Below are positions 48,901 through 60,200 of a DNA stretch of 64,000 nucleotides, in pieces. Under the pieces are notes generated by a model. It worked only from the letters and a program-made list of their open reading frames with translations, did no database searches and was not told the origin of the DNA. Each line of letters opens with the position of its first letter. The stretch's first letter is position 1. Location of the stretch: NCBI GenBank assembly GCA_965221125.1, contig CBDCRW010000004.1, positions 576,001-640,000 on the forward strand. The letters are read 5' to 3'. A program made the position numbers and the translations under genes. Source of the DNA: Alphaproteobacteria bacterium. Lineage in GTDB: Bacteria; Pseudomonadota; Alphaproteobacteria; UBA828.

Positions 48901-51594
48901 GAGGCCGGCGCCGGCTACACGGTCGGCAGCCCGAACGCGGCGACGGTGGCGGTGAGCGACGATGACGATCCGCCGGTCGCGACACCGGTGGTGCGCATCG
49001 CCGGCGGCAGCGGCATCGCCGAGGGCGGCACCGCCAGCTTCACCCTGACCGCCACGCCCGCGCCTGCGGGCGCGATCACGGTCCGGGTGGACGTGACCGA
49101 CAGCGGCAGTTTCGCCGCAGGCGGCCAGACCGGCGCGAGGACGGTGACCGTGGGCACGTCCGGCACGGCAACGCTCGCCGTGGCTACGGCGGACGACGGC
49201 GCGGACGAGGCGAATGGCAGCATCGCGGCCGCGCTCCAGGCTGGCACGGGCTACGCGGTGGCAGCACCGCCCGGAGATACCGCCTCGGTCGCGGTCGCGG
49301 ACAATGACGATCCGGTGGTGAGCATCGCCGCCGGCGCCGGGGTGACGGAAGGAGCCCCGGCCGCGTTCACCCTCACGGCCACGCCTGCGCCGCACGCGGA
49401 CCTGACGGTGAGCCTCGCGGTGACCCAGAGCGGGGACTATGCCGCCCAAGGCCATACCGGCACGAGGAACATCATCATCCCGGCCGGGGGCAGCGCGGCC
49501 TTCGAGGTCGCGACGGTGAACGATACGGCGGACGAGCCCGACGGCTCGGTCACCGCGACCCTTGCCGCCGGCACCGGCTACGCGGTGGCGGCGTCTCCGG
49601 ACGACGCGGCCTCGGTCGCGGTGGCGGACGACGACGTGGCGGCGGCGGGCGTGCCGAGCCTCTCGGTGAACGACGTCGAGGTAAAGGAGGGTCCCTACCG
49701 GCGGGTCGAGTTCACGGTGACGCTCAGCAAGGCGTTGGAGAAGGGCGCCTGGTTCTACTACCGGGTGCGGGAGTCGAGCCCGGTGTCGGCGAAGCGGGGC
49801 GTGGACTTTTCGGCCTCTACCGGAAAGAAGTTTGCGTCCATGAGGCCGGGCGCGACCGAGCACCGGATCATGGCGGCCCTGGTGATCGACGACAGCCACG
49901 ACGAGGACCCGGAGACCTTCGAGATCGTGCTCTCGGACGCGAACGGCGCGGCGATCGCGGATGCCGTGGGCGTGGCGACGATCGTGAACGACGATCCGAT
50001 GCCGGCGGCGTGGCTGGCGCGCTTCGGGCGTACGGTTGCGGAGCAGGCGCTCGACGGCATCGCGGGCCGCATCGCGGCGCCGCGCGAGGCGGGCGCCCGG
50101 GGCACGCTTGCAGGGCAGGCGCTGAGCTTCGGAACGGGCTCGGCGGCTGACGGCGCGGCGAACGATGCCGGATCGTTGTCCGGGGCAGGCAACGCGGCCA
50201 TTGCCGACGCGGGCATCGAAGGCGCCGGGCCGCTGGCGCTGTCCGGCCTCGACGCTCCCGCCGGCCGCTTGGGCACGGTTGGTTTCGGCCATGACGCGGA
50301 CGGCTTCGGCCAGGGATTGGCGCAATCCCGCACCATGACGGGGCTGGAGGCGCTGCTGGGATCGAGCTTCACCGCGACGGGAGAGACCGACGCCACCGGC
50401 GGCAGTCTCGCCTTCTGGGGCCGGGCGGCGCAGTCGAGCTTCGACGGAAGAGAGGGCGCGTTCTCGCTCGACGGCGAGACGACCACCGCCATGCTGGGCG
50501 CGGACTACGCGCGGGGCAGGTGGCTGGTCGGGCTGGCGCTGATGAAGAGTTCCGGCGAGGGCGGCTATGCCGATGCCGGAACGGGGTCCGTGCGCTGTCC
50601 GCAGGACCTGGACGCGGAGACGCGGGAGGTCTTGTGCGCAGGCGCGGTGCGGGAGGGCGACGGCGACGTCGAGGCGTCGCTGACGGCTGCCGTCCCCTAC
50701 GCGGCCATCCAGGCGTCGGAACGGCTCCGGTTCTGGGGCGCGGCGGGCTACGGCACGGGCGAGGTGACGCTGAAGCCGGACGTGGGCGGCTCTCTCAAGT
50801 CGGACATCTCCTGGACGATGGCGGCGGCCGGCGCGCGGAGCGAGCTGCTGCCTCCGCCCAGGGAAGGCTCGGGTCCCACGCTGGCGCTGACGTCGGACGC
50901 GCTGTGGGCGCGGACCTCGTCGGAGAAGACGCACGAGCTTGCGGCGTCGGATTCCGACGTGACGCGGCTCAGGCTCGGTCTGGAGGGCGGCTACGCCATC
51001 GCCACCGAGGGCGGCGGCAGCGTGACGCCCAGGGTGGAAATAGGCGCGCGCCACGACGGCGGCGACGCGGAGACCGGCTTCGGGGTCGAGCTCGGCGGCG
51101 GCATCGCCTGGACCGATCCGGCGATCGGGCTCTCGCTCGACCTGTCGGGCCGGACGCTGATCGCGCACGGCAACGACGACCTGGAGGACCAAGGCTTCGC
51201 GGCCTCGCTGGCCTTCGATCCCGATCCGTCGAGCGAGCGCGGGCTGTCGCTGACGCTGCGCCAGGACTGGGGCGGATCGGCCGAGGGCGGTCTCGACGCG
51301 CTGTTCGCGACCGACCCGCTGGCCGACCGTGCCGGTATCGGCGAGGCGACCAGCCGCTGGCAGGCGGAAGCGGCGTATGGCCTCCCGGCCTTCGGCAACC
51401 GCTTCACCGGGAGCCCGCATGTCGGGCTGGGGCTTGCCACGGGGACGCGCGACTACACGCTCGGCTGGCGGCTCTCGCCTGCGGCCAACGCCAACGCGCC
51501 CGATCTCTCCTTCGGCGTGAAGGCGACAAGGCGGGAGAGCGACACGGCGGCACCGGAGCACACGGTCGGGTTCGAGGCTGTAGCGCGCTGGTGA
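45904..51594 (+). CDS. Calx-beta repeat autotransporter-like surface protein (adhesin 3, 1896 aa)
   Basis: Signal peptide ending EAWA and multiple Calx-beta repeats. The conserved barrel ends in VARW. Confidence 0.87.
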   Translation: MRALAWLCRTSSPPDRSAASRAEPRRMRSPGRRLQGALCSSVLLLLTAIASGEAWAAPYISIAASPASVEEGETITFTITRTGSTSSALEQIVIHLPQFGSPFVCDGSRCPVKYVRPLDVGYECAILPGVSNHRCFTIPAGKSSITVDVPTYAHTLHEEDGRVGFFIRGGYPEYTGMNHYWIKGPSRRYVTVRDGPDVTPDVKATLSIPDNRATEGDASDPATVALTLTGSDPTALVSPTVPSSRELIRGESLKVPLQFSGGTPGTDFTLSLSGNPAGVSLDASTGTVTFTGPSSGSSAAAATLILTAADDPDADGATVTASIGHVTASGIPGSASGARNGDGRILLIDPDTPPPPQISISGGADVTEGSAAIFTLNADPAPSDDISVEVEVSDSGDFATGGQDGSRTVTIGASGSASLEVATANDGRDEPDGAITATIGSGDGYTVDSRSHTASVAVADDDVPVVAFASASSGAGEAAGTRNVTLDLDPAPGAGITLDYSVGGTATEGSGNDFTIESSGTVSVAAGAATATIPIAIVDDASNESAETVVLTLTDGTGYTPGATKAHTLTITDDDAAVVPPGVTVSTDALSLAEGGAAGSYTVVLASKPTADVTVTATSGDAGKVKVHGPGGTAGASATLTFTSTTWNRAQSVTVTPQEDADADDESVAITHAVSNTGGYGGVTVGSVTVSVDDDETPTLSVAVAPASANEGAAGAKGYATVTFGLAPTRAQATSFKVCLKSTGTATRGGSADYLFVGPSSDTPVSLSNDCHSYTLPANAASGQARLLIRGDGEVEPDETVVVELRDPPQGVAVSGAAGLATYTIVNDDTAPNACHADVKPDVQGYAGETHYGTAHVTRWMKVLAAFGDDNGHAAMDVAEAKQMRDQYSPGRWNPVITALQCLENAGTTNTGPEITVTGGSGVTEGGNAVFTVAADPAPALSLAVTLTVVDDAVSDFLGAGDEGTQTVTIQAGQSSATLTLATVNDNADEPNGNVSATVEAGAGYTVGSPNAATVAVSDDDDPPVATPVVRIAGGSGIAEGGTASFTLTATPAPAGAITVRVDVTDSGSFAAGGQTGARTVTVGTSGTATLAVATADDGADEANGSIAAALQAGTGYAVAAPPGDTASVAVADNDDPVVSIAAGAGVTEGAPAAFTLTATPAPHADLTVSLAVTQSGDYAAQGHTGTRNIIIPAGGSAAFEVATVNDTADEPDGSVTATLAAGTGYAVAASPDDAASVAVADDDVAAAGVPSLSVNDVEVKEGPYRRVEFTVTLSKALEKGAWFYYRVRESSPVSAKRGVDFSASTGKKFASMRPGATEHRIMAALVIDDSHDEDPETFEIVLSDANGAAIADAVGVATIVNDDPMPAAWLARFGRTVAEQALDGIAGRIAAPREAGARGTLAGQALSFGTGSAADGAANDAGSLSGAGNAAIADAGIEGAGPLALSGLDAPAGRLGTVGFGHDADGFGQGLAQSRTMTGLEALLGSSFTATGETDATGGSLAFWGRAAQSSFDGREGAFSLDGETTTAMLGADYARGRWLVGLALMKSSGEGGYADAGTGSVRCPQDLDAETREVLCAGAVREGDGDVEASLTAAVPYAAIQASERLRFWGAAGYGTGEVTLKPDVGGSLKSDISWTMAAAGARSELLPPPREGSGPTLALTSDALWARTSSEKTHELAASDSDVTRLRLGLEGGYAIATEGGGSVTPRVEIGARHDGGDAETGFGVELGGGIAWTDPAIGLSLDLSGRTLIAHGNDDLEDQGFAASLAFDPDPSSERGLSLTLRQDWGGSAEGGLDALFATDPLADRAGIGEATSRWQAEAAYGLPAFGNRFTGSPHVGLGLATGTRDYTLGWRLSPAANANAPDLSFGVKATRRESDTAAPEHTVGFEAVARW

Positions 51595-51609
51595 TCGCGC
51601 CGCCCGGCG

Positions 51610-52284
51610 ATGGCGCGACAGGTCCGCGGATGGGACGCCCTGCGGGCCTGGCGCTTCATCCGGGCCAGCAGGGCCTGGCGCGACGCCTGGGCGAAGCGCC
51701 GCCATCTCTCCGGCCTGCCGGAGCGCGCGCCGTTCCCGGTGCGCCTCCAGACCGCCGCCGATCTCGCGGCCATGGCGGTAAGGTCTCGTGGAGACGCAAC
51801 CGGGACGGCAAGGGCCTCGAATCGTGACGATGCCGACTTGCGCCAGCCGTATCCGGGGCGACCGCGAGGCTGGCGGAGGACGCTATGGAGGAGCCGCGGC
51901 ACGAGCGAAAACGACCGCAACGAGACTTCCGGCGGCGGGAACGCGGCCGACAGGGCGGGCGAGGTCCGCAAGACACGGGGCATCCCCTTCTCGGGTTCCG
52001 AGCGGGAGGAGGTCAAACGCGCCGCCCTGGCCCACGACAAGCCGGCCGCCGAGTTCGTCCGCGAGCGCATCCTCGCGCTCGCGCGTGCGCGGGAGGGTGC
52101 CGAACCCGCCCTGGTTGCGGATGCGCTGACGCCGCTGATCGAGCGGATGTTCCGCTACACCTGGTTCCTGGCGACCGAAAGGCGCGACGCGATGGCCCGC
52201 GAAGGGCGCGGGGACGAGCTCGACAGGCTGGTCGCCGAGGCCCGGGCGTTCCAGGACGCGCTCCGCCGGGGCGACGCCGACTGA
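51610..52284 (+). pseudogene. Deletion chimera: truncated FseA-like N-terminus, traI 3'-end remnant and RHH-like gene copy 3
   Basis: Activator homology stops at about 51776. 51815-51870 matches the traI stop region at 38201-38260. The RHH start has mutated to ACG at 51901 but is in frame with 51610. Confidence 0.7.
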
Positions 52285-52411
52285 GCGAAGCGCGCGCCCG
52301 CCCGGACCGGTACCGGGACAGCGATCCCCAGACCTCCATGGACCGCATCCTCTGCGCGGTCTTCGCCTGAGAAAACACATCCCGGGCAATCACCGCCCCC
52401 GTGCCCCTGAC

Positions 52412-53864
52412 GATCGTGTCCCGAGGAGTGGTGTAAGAGCGTCGCGCTTTACGCGGCATCCGGCGGGTAGGGCCGGGTTATTCAGGCTGCCACAGCGGAC
52501 AGCTTGATCGTGGGATTGTCGCTCAGGGGAGCGATCGATTCCAGCGTCATGTACCTCCTTCCGACGGTCCATTCGTCGTTCTGCTCGAGCAGCACGGCGC
52601 CGACGAGGCGGGTGATGGCGTCCTCGTTGGGGAAGATGCCGACGACGTTGGTGCGTCGCTTGATCTCGCCGTTGACGCGTTCGAGCGGGTTGGTCGAGTG
52701 AAGCTTGACCCGGTGCTCCTTGGGGAAGCTCATGTAGGCGAGGACGTCGTGCTGGGCCTCGTCCATGAGGGCCGCCAGCTTGGAGGCCTTGGGCCTGAGC
52801 TGGTCGGCGATCAGGCGCCACTGGGCGGCAGCGGCCTCGGCATCGTCCTGGGCGAAGGCGGTGGCGACGAAGGCGGAGACGACGCGCCGGCCCTGCTTGC
52901 CGGCATGGGCCAGCAGGTTGCGCATGAAGTGGACGCGGCATCTCTGCCAGGTGGCGCCGAGGATCCGGGTGGTGGCGGCCTTCAGGCCCTTGTGGTCGTC
53001 GGAGATCACCAGCTGCACGCCGCGCAGGCCGCGCCTGGTCAGCGAGCGCAGGAACTCGGTCCAGAAGGTCTCGGCCTCGGAGGCGCCGATCGCCATGCCG
53101 AGGATCTCGCGCCGGCCCTGGTCGTTGACCGCGACGGCCACGGTGACCGCGACCGGGACGATGCGCCCGGCCTCGCGCACCTTCACGTAAGTCGCATCCA
53201 GCCAGAGATAGGGCCAGTCGCCTTCGAGCGGGCGGTCGAGGAAGCTGCGGATCTTGTCGTCTATCTCCCCGCAAAGGCGCGAGACCTGGCTCTTCGATAT
53301 CCCGCTCATGCCCATGGCCTGAACCAGTTCGTCGACCGAGCGGGTCGATACCCCCTGGATGTAGGCCTCCTGGATCACCGCCGTGAGCGCCTTCTCCGCC
53401 GTCCGTCGGGGCTCCAGGAAGCCGGGGAAGTAGCTCCCCTTCCTGAGCTTCGGAATCTTCAGGTCGACCGTGCCGGCCCGGGTCTCCCAAGGCCGATCGC
53501 GGTAGCCGTTGCGCTGGTTGATCCGCTCCGGCGTCCGCGCGCCATGCTCGGCGCCGGTCAGGCCCTCGACTTCCAGCTCCATAAGGCGCTGCGCAGAGAA
53601 GGCGATCATCTCACGCAGCAGATCGGCGTCAGAGCTCTTCTCCAACAGCGTCCGCAGGGTAAGCTTGTCATCGGTCATCGTGGTTCTCCTTAGGCTCGGG
53701 TCGATTCGGATTCACCCAAACCCTAAACCGGAACCGCGATGGCCACCCCGCTGTGGATAACCGGCTTGGCGCCACCAGACTCGAGGGCGGTCGCGGCGCC
53801 AAGCCGGTTACCCACAGCTACCGGGGGTAGCGGGAGCTCCTACACCACGTCTGGGGACACAACC
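52412..53864 (-). mobile_element. IS256-family insertion sequence with imperfect 29-bp terminal IRs and an 8-bp TSD (CCCCTGAC)
   Basis: Left end GATCGTGTCCCGAGGAGTGGTGTAAGAGC versus the reverse complement of the right end GGTTGTGTCCCCAGACGTGGTGTAGGAGC. CCCCTGAC occurs at 52404-52411 and 53865-53872. Confidence 0.93.
52482..53678 (-). CDS. IS256-family (Mutator) DDE transposase
   Basis: [48 protein letters not shown] and [16 protein letters not shown]. Confidence 0.97.
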   Translation of the reverse strand: MTDDKLTLRTLLEKSSDADLLREMIAFSAQRLMELEVEGLTGAEHGARTPERINQRNGYRDRPWETRAGTVDLKIPKLRKGSYFPGFLEPRRTAEKALTAVIQEAYIQGVSTRSVDELVQAMGMSGISKSQVSRLCGEIDDKIRSFLDRPLEGDWPYLWLDATYVKVREAGRIVPVAVTVAVAVNDQGRREILGMAIGASEAETFWTEFLRSLTRRGLRGVQLVISDDHKGLKAATTRILGATWQRCRVHFMRNLLAHAGKQGRRVVSAFVATAFAQDDAEAAAAQWRLIADQLRPKASKLAALMDEAQHDVLAYMSFPKEHRVKLHSTNPLERVNGEIKRRTNVVGIFPNEDAITRLVGAVLLEQNDEWTVGRRYMTLESIAPLSDNPTIKLSAVAA

Positions 53865-54222
53865 CCCCTGACACATGACTCCTGACGTTATCTGCGCTTC
53901 GTCGCCGCCTGCGTGGCCGGCCGCTGTCGCCAATTTGGCCGGGACCTTTCCGTTCTCCGCCGCGCCGTCGCGATCCGCTGGCTGCGGGTGCGGGTGCGCC
54001 CGCGGCGCTGACAGGTCGTGCGGGACCGGCGGTCGCCGGGCGAATGAGCGGCGCCCGGGGCCGTCATGAGTTGCCAGGGACGGACAGCGGCGCGTGAGCG
54101 TGCGCAAACGGGATTTGCTTTCGCGATTTGGATTTGGTACTTGGCGCGTGGATCGGGTCACAGGCCCTCTTCGGAGGTTCTGTGCCCGGCATTTTTTTGT
54201 TGAAGTCCGGAGGGGGGCGACC

Positions 54223-57200
54223 ATGGGTTTTGTGCGAGAGGCGTGGGCGGCGGTTGCGGCTGCCGCGGGCGAGGTCCGGGATCGGGGCTTGACAAGTTGC
54301 CGTGAGGTTCCCGTTATAATCAGCCGGATCGCCGGATCGCCGGATCGCCGGATCGCCGGATCGCCGGATCGCCGGATCGCCGGATCGCCGGATCGCCGGA
54401 TCGCCGGATCGCCGGATCGCCGGATCGCCCCACCTGCGCGCCTGCCGGTCATGATCGGCTCCGCATGGCGGCGGCTCCTCCGGCCTTCATCCCCGCCTGA
54501 GACATCCGCTCCCGCCGGCCGCGGCCTTCGGCGCGGCCTGCTGCCCGCGCTGCTGTGCCTGCCGCTGCTCGCGGGCCTCGCCGCCCCGGCCGCCGCGCAG
54601 ACCACCCCCTCGATCGCTGTGGCCGTCGCGACCTCGCCGACCGAGGGCAACCCTGCTGAATTCGCGCTGAGTGCAACAAGTTCGGGGTCGTGGTCGTCGT
54701 CGCTGACAGTGACCGTGAACGTCGCCCAGACCGGCAATTATGTCGCCGCGAACCATCTGGGCAACAGGGACATCACGATTCCGGCGGGCCAGTTTTACGC
54801 ATCGACGACGTTCTCCATCCCGACGATCGGGGACAATACGGATCAGGCGGAGGGCTCGATCACCGTGACGGTGCAGTCCGGCACCGGCTACACGGTGACT
54901 GGCGGAACGGCCACCGCAAGTGTCGTGGACGACGATCCGGTCGAGGTCTCGCTGACCGGCGGCGGCCGGATCAGGGACGGCAACACGGGCGATTCCGTCA
55001 ACATCGAGATTTCGGTCCCGCGCCCCGTCGACGGCGAACTCATCAGTGTTCCGCTGGTCATGACTTCAGGCACCGGCGCGCAACTGCCCGGGTCGACGAG
55101 CCCGGATTTCAGCTATGCGGTGACGGGAGGAACGGTCACCGCTCAAGCCGGCACGGCCACGCCGGTCCTGCGGTTCGGCACCGGCAGCAGTCGCATGACG
55201 TTGACGCTGACTCCCACGGCGGGCGAGGACAGCGACAGCGCCGATGAAACGATCACCGTCGGCTTTGGGACGTTCACCCAGAGCGTCCAGGGCGTCGGTG
55301 GCGGCGCGAAGGCGCATCCCGCGAACAACAGCGCCACGGTCAGGATCTCCGAGCCCCGGACGATATCGTTCACGGGTGTCGCCACATCGGTGTCCGGGCC
55401 GCTTGATCCCGCCTCGACGGACGGGACCCACTCGGTGAGCGAGAGCGTCGGCGCCTTATGGGTGGAGCTCGCATTGAGCCAGGCCCCGGAGTACACGACC
55501 ACCGTTTATGTCCGGGAGAAGAAGTCCGGCACGACGGCCACGCACCGCCAGGACTACAAACGCAGCGGCACAGGGTTCGGCTGGATCGCGAATTTCGGCG
55601 GCGGCAGTCGCAAGGCGCGGTTCCGGGTCCCGATCGTCGCCGACGGGATCGCCGACGACAAGGAGACGCTGACGCTCGAGATCTACAACGTCAGCAGCAT
55701 CGAACCCAATTTCAGCCTGGGCCACACGATCGACGCGGCCGGAACCTACACGCTCACGATCCGGGACTACACGGCGACCAATGCCAGCGACTATGTCGAC
55801 GTGTGGCTGTCGAAGGACGAATACGAAGTGACCGAGGGCGAGGCGCTCGAGGCGACCGTCCACCTGCAGCATCCGCGGGATGCGGACACCACGATCAACC
55901 TGACCGAGACGCGCGGCACGGCCACGGACGGCACGGACTACACCGCCGGCCCGTACTCCGTCACGGTCCCGGCGGGCAGGACGAGCGCGACCTTCACGGT
56001 CCAGACCACGCAGGACGAGGAGCAGGAACTGGGTGATGAGACATTCCGGGTGCGGATCGACGATTCCAGCCTGCCGGCAGGGTTCGCGACGTCGGACGGG
56101 ACCGGCAGGCCGGAAGAGGCCGTGGTCGAGATCGTCGACGACGAATACACCTTCTGTTTCGGGGCAAACAGCTATTTGGCTCCGGAGGGCGAGGAAGGGG
56201 TCCTGCCGCTCACGTTCTCGCGGCCGTTGCCGCAGGCAGGCTCGTTCCGGTTCCGCTACTTGAACCTGAACGCCAGCGACAGCGACTACACGCGAGTGTT
56301 CGACTTCCCGGTCTTTTTCGATCTCCCCGCGGGGACGGAGGAGTACACGCTCAGGCTCCCAGTCGCCGCGGACCTGCTGTACGAGGACAACGAGCTTCTC
56401 AAGATCACGTCCATTACGCCGACCATTCCGAATGGAATACTCGAATGCTCAACCGACATCATCATCAAGGACCGGAGCCGCGAGGTGGATTTCCAGGCCG
56501 CGGCCTACACGGCCCATGAGGGCCGGGAGGCGGAGGTGGGGATCCGGGTGGTCGAACGGGGAACCGACGATCTCATGACGCTCCGCAAGCCGGTCACGCT
56601 GCACATCGCCGCCACGGGCACGGGCAGCGCCACGGCGGGCACGGACTACGCGGCGGGCCCGTGGACTCTCACCATCCCGGCGGGGGCCTCCAGGGGCGTC
56701 CTGCGGATTCCGGTCCATGCGGACGGGGCCAATGACGACGGGGAGACCATCGATCTGGAGATCAAGCGGGCGACCGGGGGCTCCGGCGTGGCTCCCGGGC
56801 GACAGCTTGGCGACCAGAACGGCAACGTGCTGTCCGCAAACCTCCACGTCCGGGTCAGGGATACCACTGATATGCCCAACGGCGCCGCGACGGTGACGAT
56901 CCAGGGCGCGTCGGGGGCGCCGTCGGGCACGCGGTTGGTATGGATCGAGGCCGGCCCGCAGGTGTCCGAGGGCAGTGACGCCACCTTCACGCTGAAGGCC
57001 GACCCGGCGCCGCTTGCGCCGCTGGATGTCAGCATCCATGTCGGGGATACCGGGACGTCCCAGACACGGCATCTGGCCGAGGAGCACCGGGGCCTGCGGA
57101 CGGCGACCGTCGACACCACGGGGAGCACCGTCTTCACCGTGCCGACGCAGACGAACGGATCGCAGCACACCAGCGCGATCCGGGTGGCGCTGATGGACCC

Positions 57201-60200
57201 GTCCCTGCTGTTCGCCAGCCAGGAGGCCGACTACATGCCGGGCAAGCCGAGCGTGGCCTATGTCGGGGTGGACGCGGCCGTGCCCAAGTTCAAGGCGCAG
57301 CGGGACGCGCTGTCGGCGGTCGCGGAGGCGCCGAGCGCGCCGGTCTCGAACCTCCGGGTGACGGCCGTCGACGCCACGAGCGCGCAGGCGACCTGGGACG
57401 CTGTTCCCCATGCCACGGCCTATCGGCTGGAATGGGAAGGGGGCAGCGAGGGCGACTACATCGGCGGGGGCTCGAACGGCATCACCGGCACCTCGGCGAC
57501 GATCCACCACAATGCCCCGGCGGCGATGACGCTGACGGTCCGGGTGGTCCCGTGGCATGTGGACGACTACGGCCAGGTGCAGATGCACGATGGGCTCGCG
57601 GCCACGGCGACGCTCGCCGTGGGGCCGGCCGATCCGCTGGCCGCCGCGCGGAACGCCTGCGTGCCGGCGAGCGTCCGCTCGGACGTGGAGGGCTATGCGG
57701 GCGAGACGCATTACGGCGCGGCGCATGTGAAACGCTGGAACAGGGCGCTTGCAGCCTTCGGCGTCGACACCGGCGAGACGGCGATGACCGGGGACGAGGC
57801 GCGGGACATGATGGACAAATACACGGCGAAACGCTGGCGGCCGATCGTCGAGGCCATCGAGTGCATCGAGGAGGCGGAGAAGGCCGCCCAGGCGGCGTCC
57901 CTCCCCGAGATCGCGATCTCGGGCGGCGGCGATGTGACGGAGGGGGCGTCGGCGTCCTTCACCGTCACGGCGACGCCTGCGCCGTCTTCGCCGCTCGCGG
58001 TGACGCTGACGGTCGGCCAGAGCGGCGACTTCGCCGCGTCGGGCCAGACCGGCACGAGGCAGGTCACCGTGCCCACGGGGGGCAGCGTGACCGTCCAGGT
58101 CGCGACGGTGGACGATGCGGTGCTGGAGGCCGACGGCTCGGTGAGCGCGACCGTCGCGGCCGGGACCGGCTACAACGTGGCGGCGGCGCCGGCCGATACG
58201 GCTTCGGTCGCGGTCGCCGACGACGACACGCCAGTGGTGAGCATCGCCGCCGGGAACGGGGTGACGGAGGGCAGCCCGGCGTCCTTCACCGTCACGGCCA
58301 GTCCCGCGCCGTCTTCGCCGCTCGCGGTGAAACTGACGGTCGGCCAGAGCGGGGACTATGCCGCCGCCGGCGAGACCGGCGCCAGGGAGGTGACCGTGCC
58401 GACCGGGGGCAGCGCGACCGTGCAGGTGGCGACGGCGGACGACAGCGCGGACGAGCCGGACGGTTCGGTGAGCGTGACCGTCGGGGCCGGAACCGGCTAT
58501 GCGGTGGCGGCCTCGCCGGGCGATACGGCCTCGGTGGCGGTGGCGGACGACGATGCCGCGCCCCCGGTGTCGGAACTCACCATCGGCGATGTGACGGCCA
58601 ATGAGAGCGACCGGCTGATGTGGTTCACGGTCACGCTGAGCCCGGCCTCGGACCGTGCGGTATCGGTCGATTACCGGACCCGGGAGTCGAACCCGGTCTC
58701 GGCGCGCAAGCACGATGACTTTCTGCAGATCGACTTCGGGGATGTCACGTTCAGTCCGGGCGAGACGAGCAAGCGGTTCTGGGTCTACATGTTCGACGAC
58801 GGTCACGACGAGGGATCGGAGACCTTCGAGGTCGCGCTGTCGCATCCGACGGGCGGCGCGAGGATCGCCGACGGGGTGGCGGTCGGCACCATCGTGAACT
58901 CGGACCCGATGCCGGCGGCGTGGCTGGCGCGCTTCGGGCGCACGGCGGCGGAGCAGGCGCTTGACGGCATTGCGGGCCGCATCGCGGCGCCGCGCGAGGC
59001 CGGCGCCCGGGGCACGATTGCCGGGCAGGCGCTGAGCTTCGATCCCGGATCGGGCTCCCCCGGATCGCAGTCCGGGGCGGCGAACGACAACGCGGCCATC
59101 GCCGGCGTCGAAGGCGCCGGGCCGCTGGCGCTGTCCGGCCTCGATACTCCTGCCGCGCGCTTCGGTGCGGGTGGCTTCGGCCATGACGCTCACGGCTTCG
59201 GCCAGGGCTTCGCGCAATCCCGCACCATGACGGGGCTGGAGGCGCTGCTGGGCTCCAGCTTCACCGCGACGGGGGAGACCGACGCCACCGGCGGCAGCCT
59301 CGCCTTCTGGGGCCGCGCGGCGCAGTCGAGCTTCGACGGCCGCGAGGGCACCTTCTCGCTCGACGGCGAGACGACCACGGCGATGCTGGGCGCGGACTAT
59401 GCGCGCGGCAAGTGGCTGGTCGGCCTCGCGCTGATGCAGAGTTCCGGCGAGGGCGGCTATGCCGATGCCGGTACGGGGTCCGTGCGCTGTCCCCAGGACC
59501 TGGATGCGGAGACGCGGGAGGTCCTCTGCGGCGGAGCCGTGCGGGAGGGCGACGGCGACGTTGAGGCGTCGCTGACGGCTGCCGTCCCCTATGCGGCCAT
59601 CCAGGCGTCCGAACGGCTCAGGCTCTGGGGCGTGGCCGGCTACGGCACGGGCGAGGTGACGCTGAAGCCCTCCGTGGGCGGCTCTCTCAGCTCCGACATC
59701 TCCTGGACCATGGCGGCAGCGGGCGCGCGGAGCGACCTGCTGGTCCCGCCGAAGGAAGGCTCCGGTCCCACGCTGGCGCTGACTGCGGACGCCTTGTGGG
59801 CGCGCACGTCCTCGGAGAAGACGCACGAGCTTGCGGCGTCGGACTCCGACGTGACGCGCTTGCGGGTCGGCCTGGAGGGCGGCTACGCCATCGCCACGGA
59901 GGGCGGCGGCCGGATCGTGCCCCGGGTCGAGATCGGCGCGCGCCATGACGGGGGCGACGCGGAGACCGGCTTCGGCGTGGAGCTCGGCGGCGGCATTGCC
60001 TGGACCGATCCGGCGATCGGGCTCTCGCTCGACCTGTCGGGCCGGACGCTGATCGCGCACGGCAACGACGATCTGGAGGACCAGGGCTTCGCGGCCTCGC
60101 TCGCCTTCGATCCGAACCCGGGCACGGAGCGCGGCCTGTCGCTGACGCTCAGCCAGGACTGGGGCGGCTCGGCCAAGGGCGGGCTGGACGCGCTGTTCGC

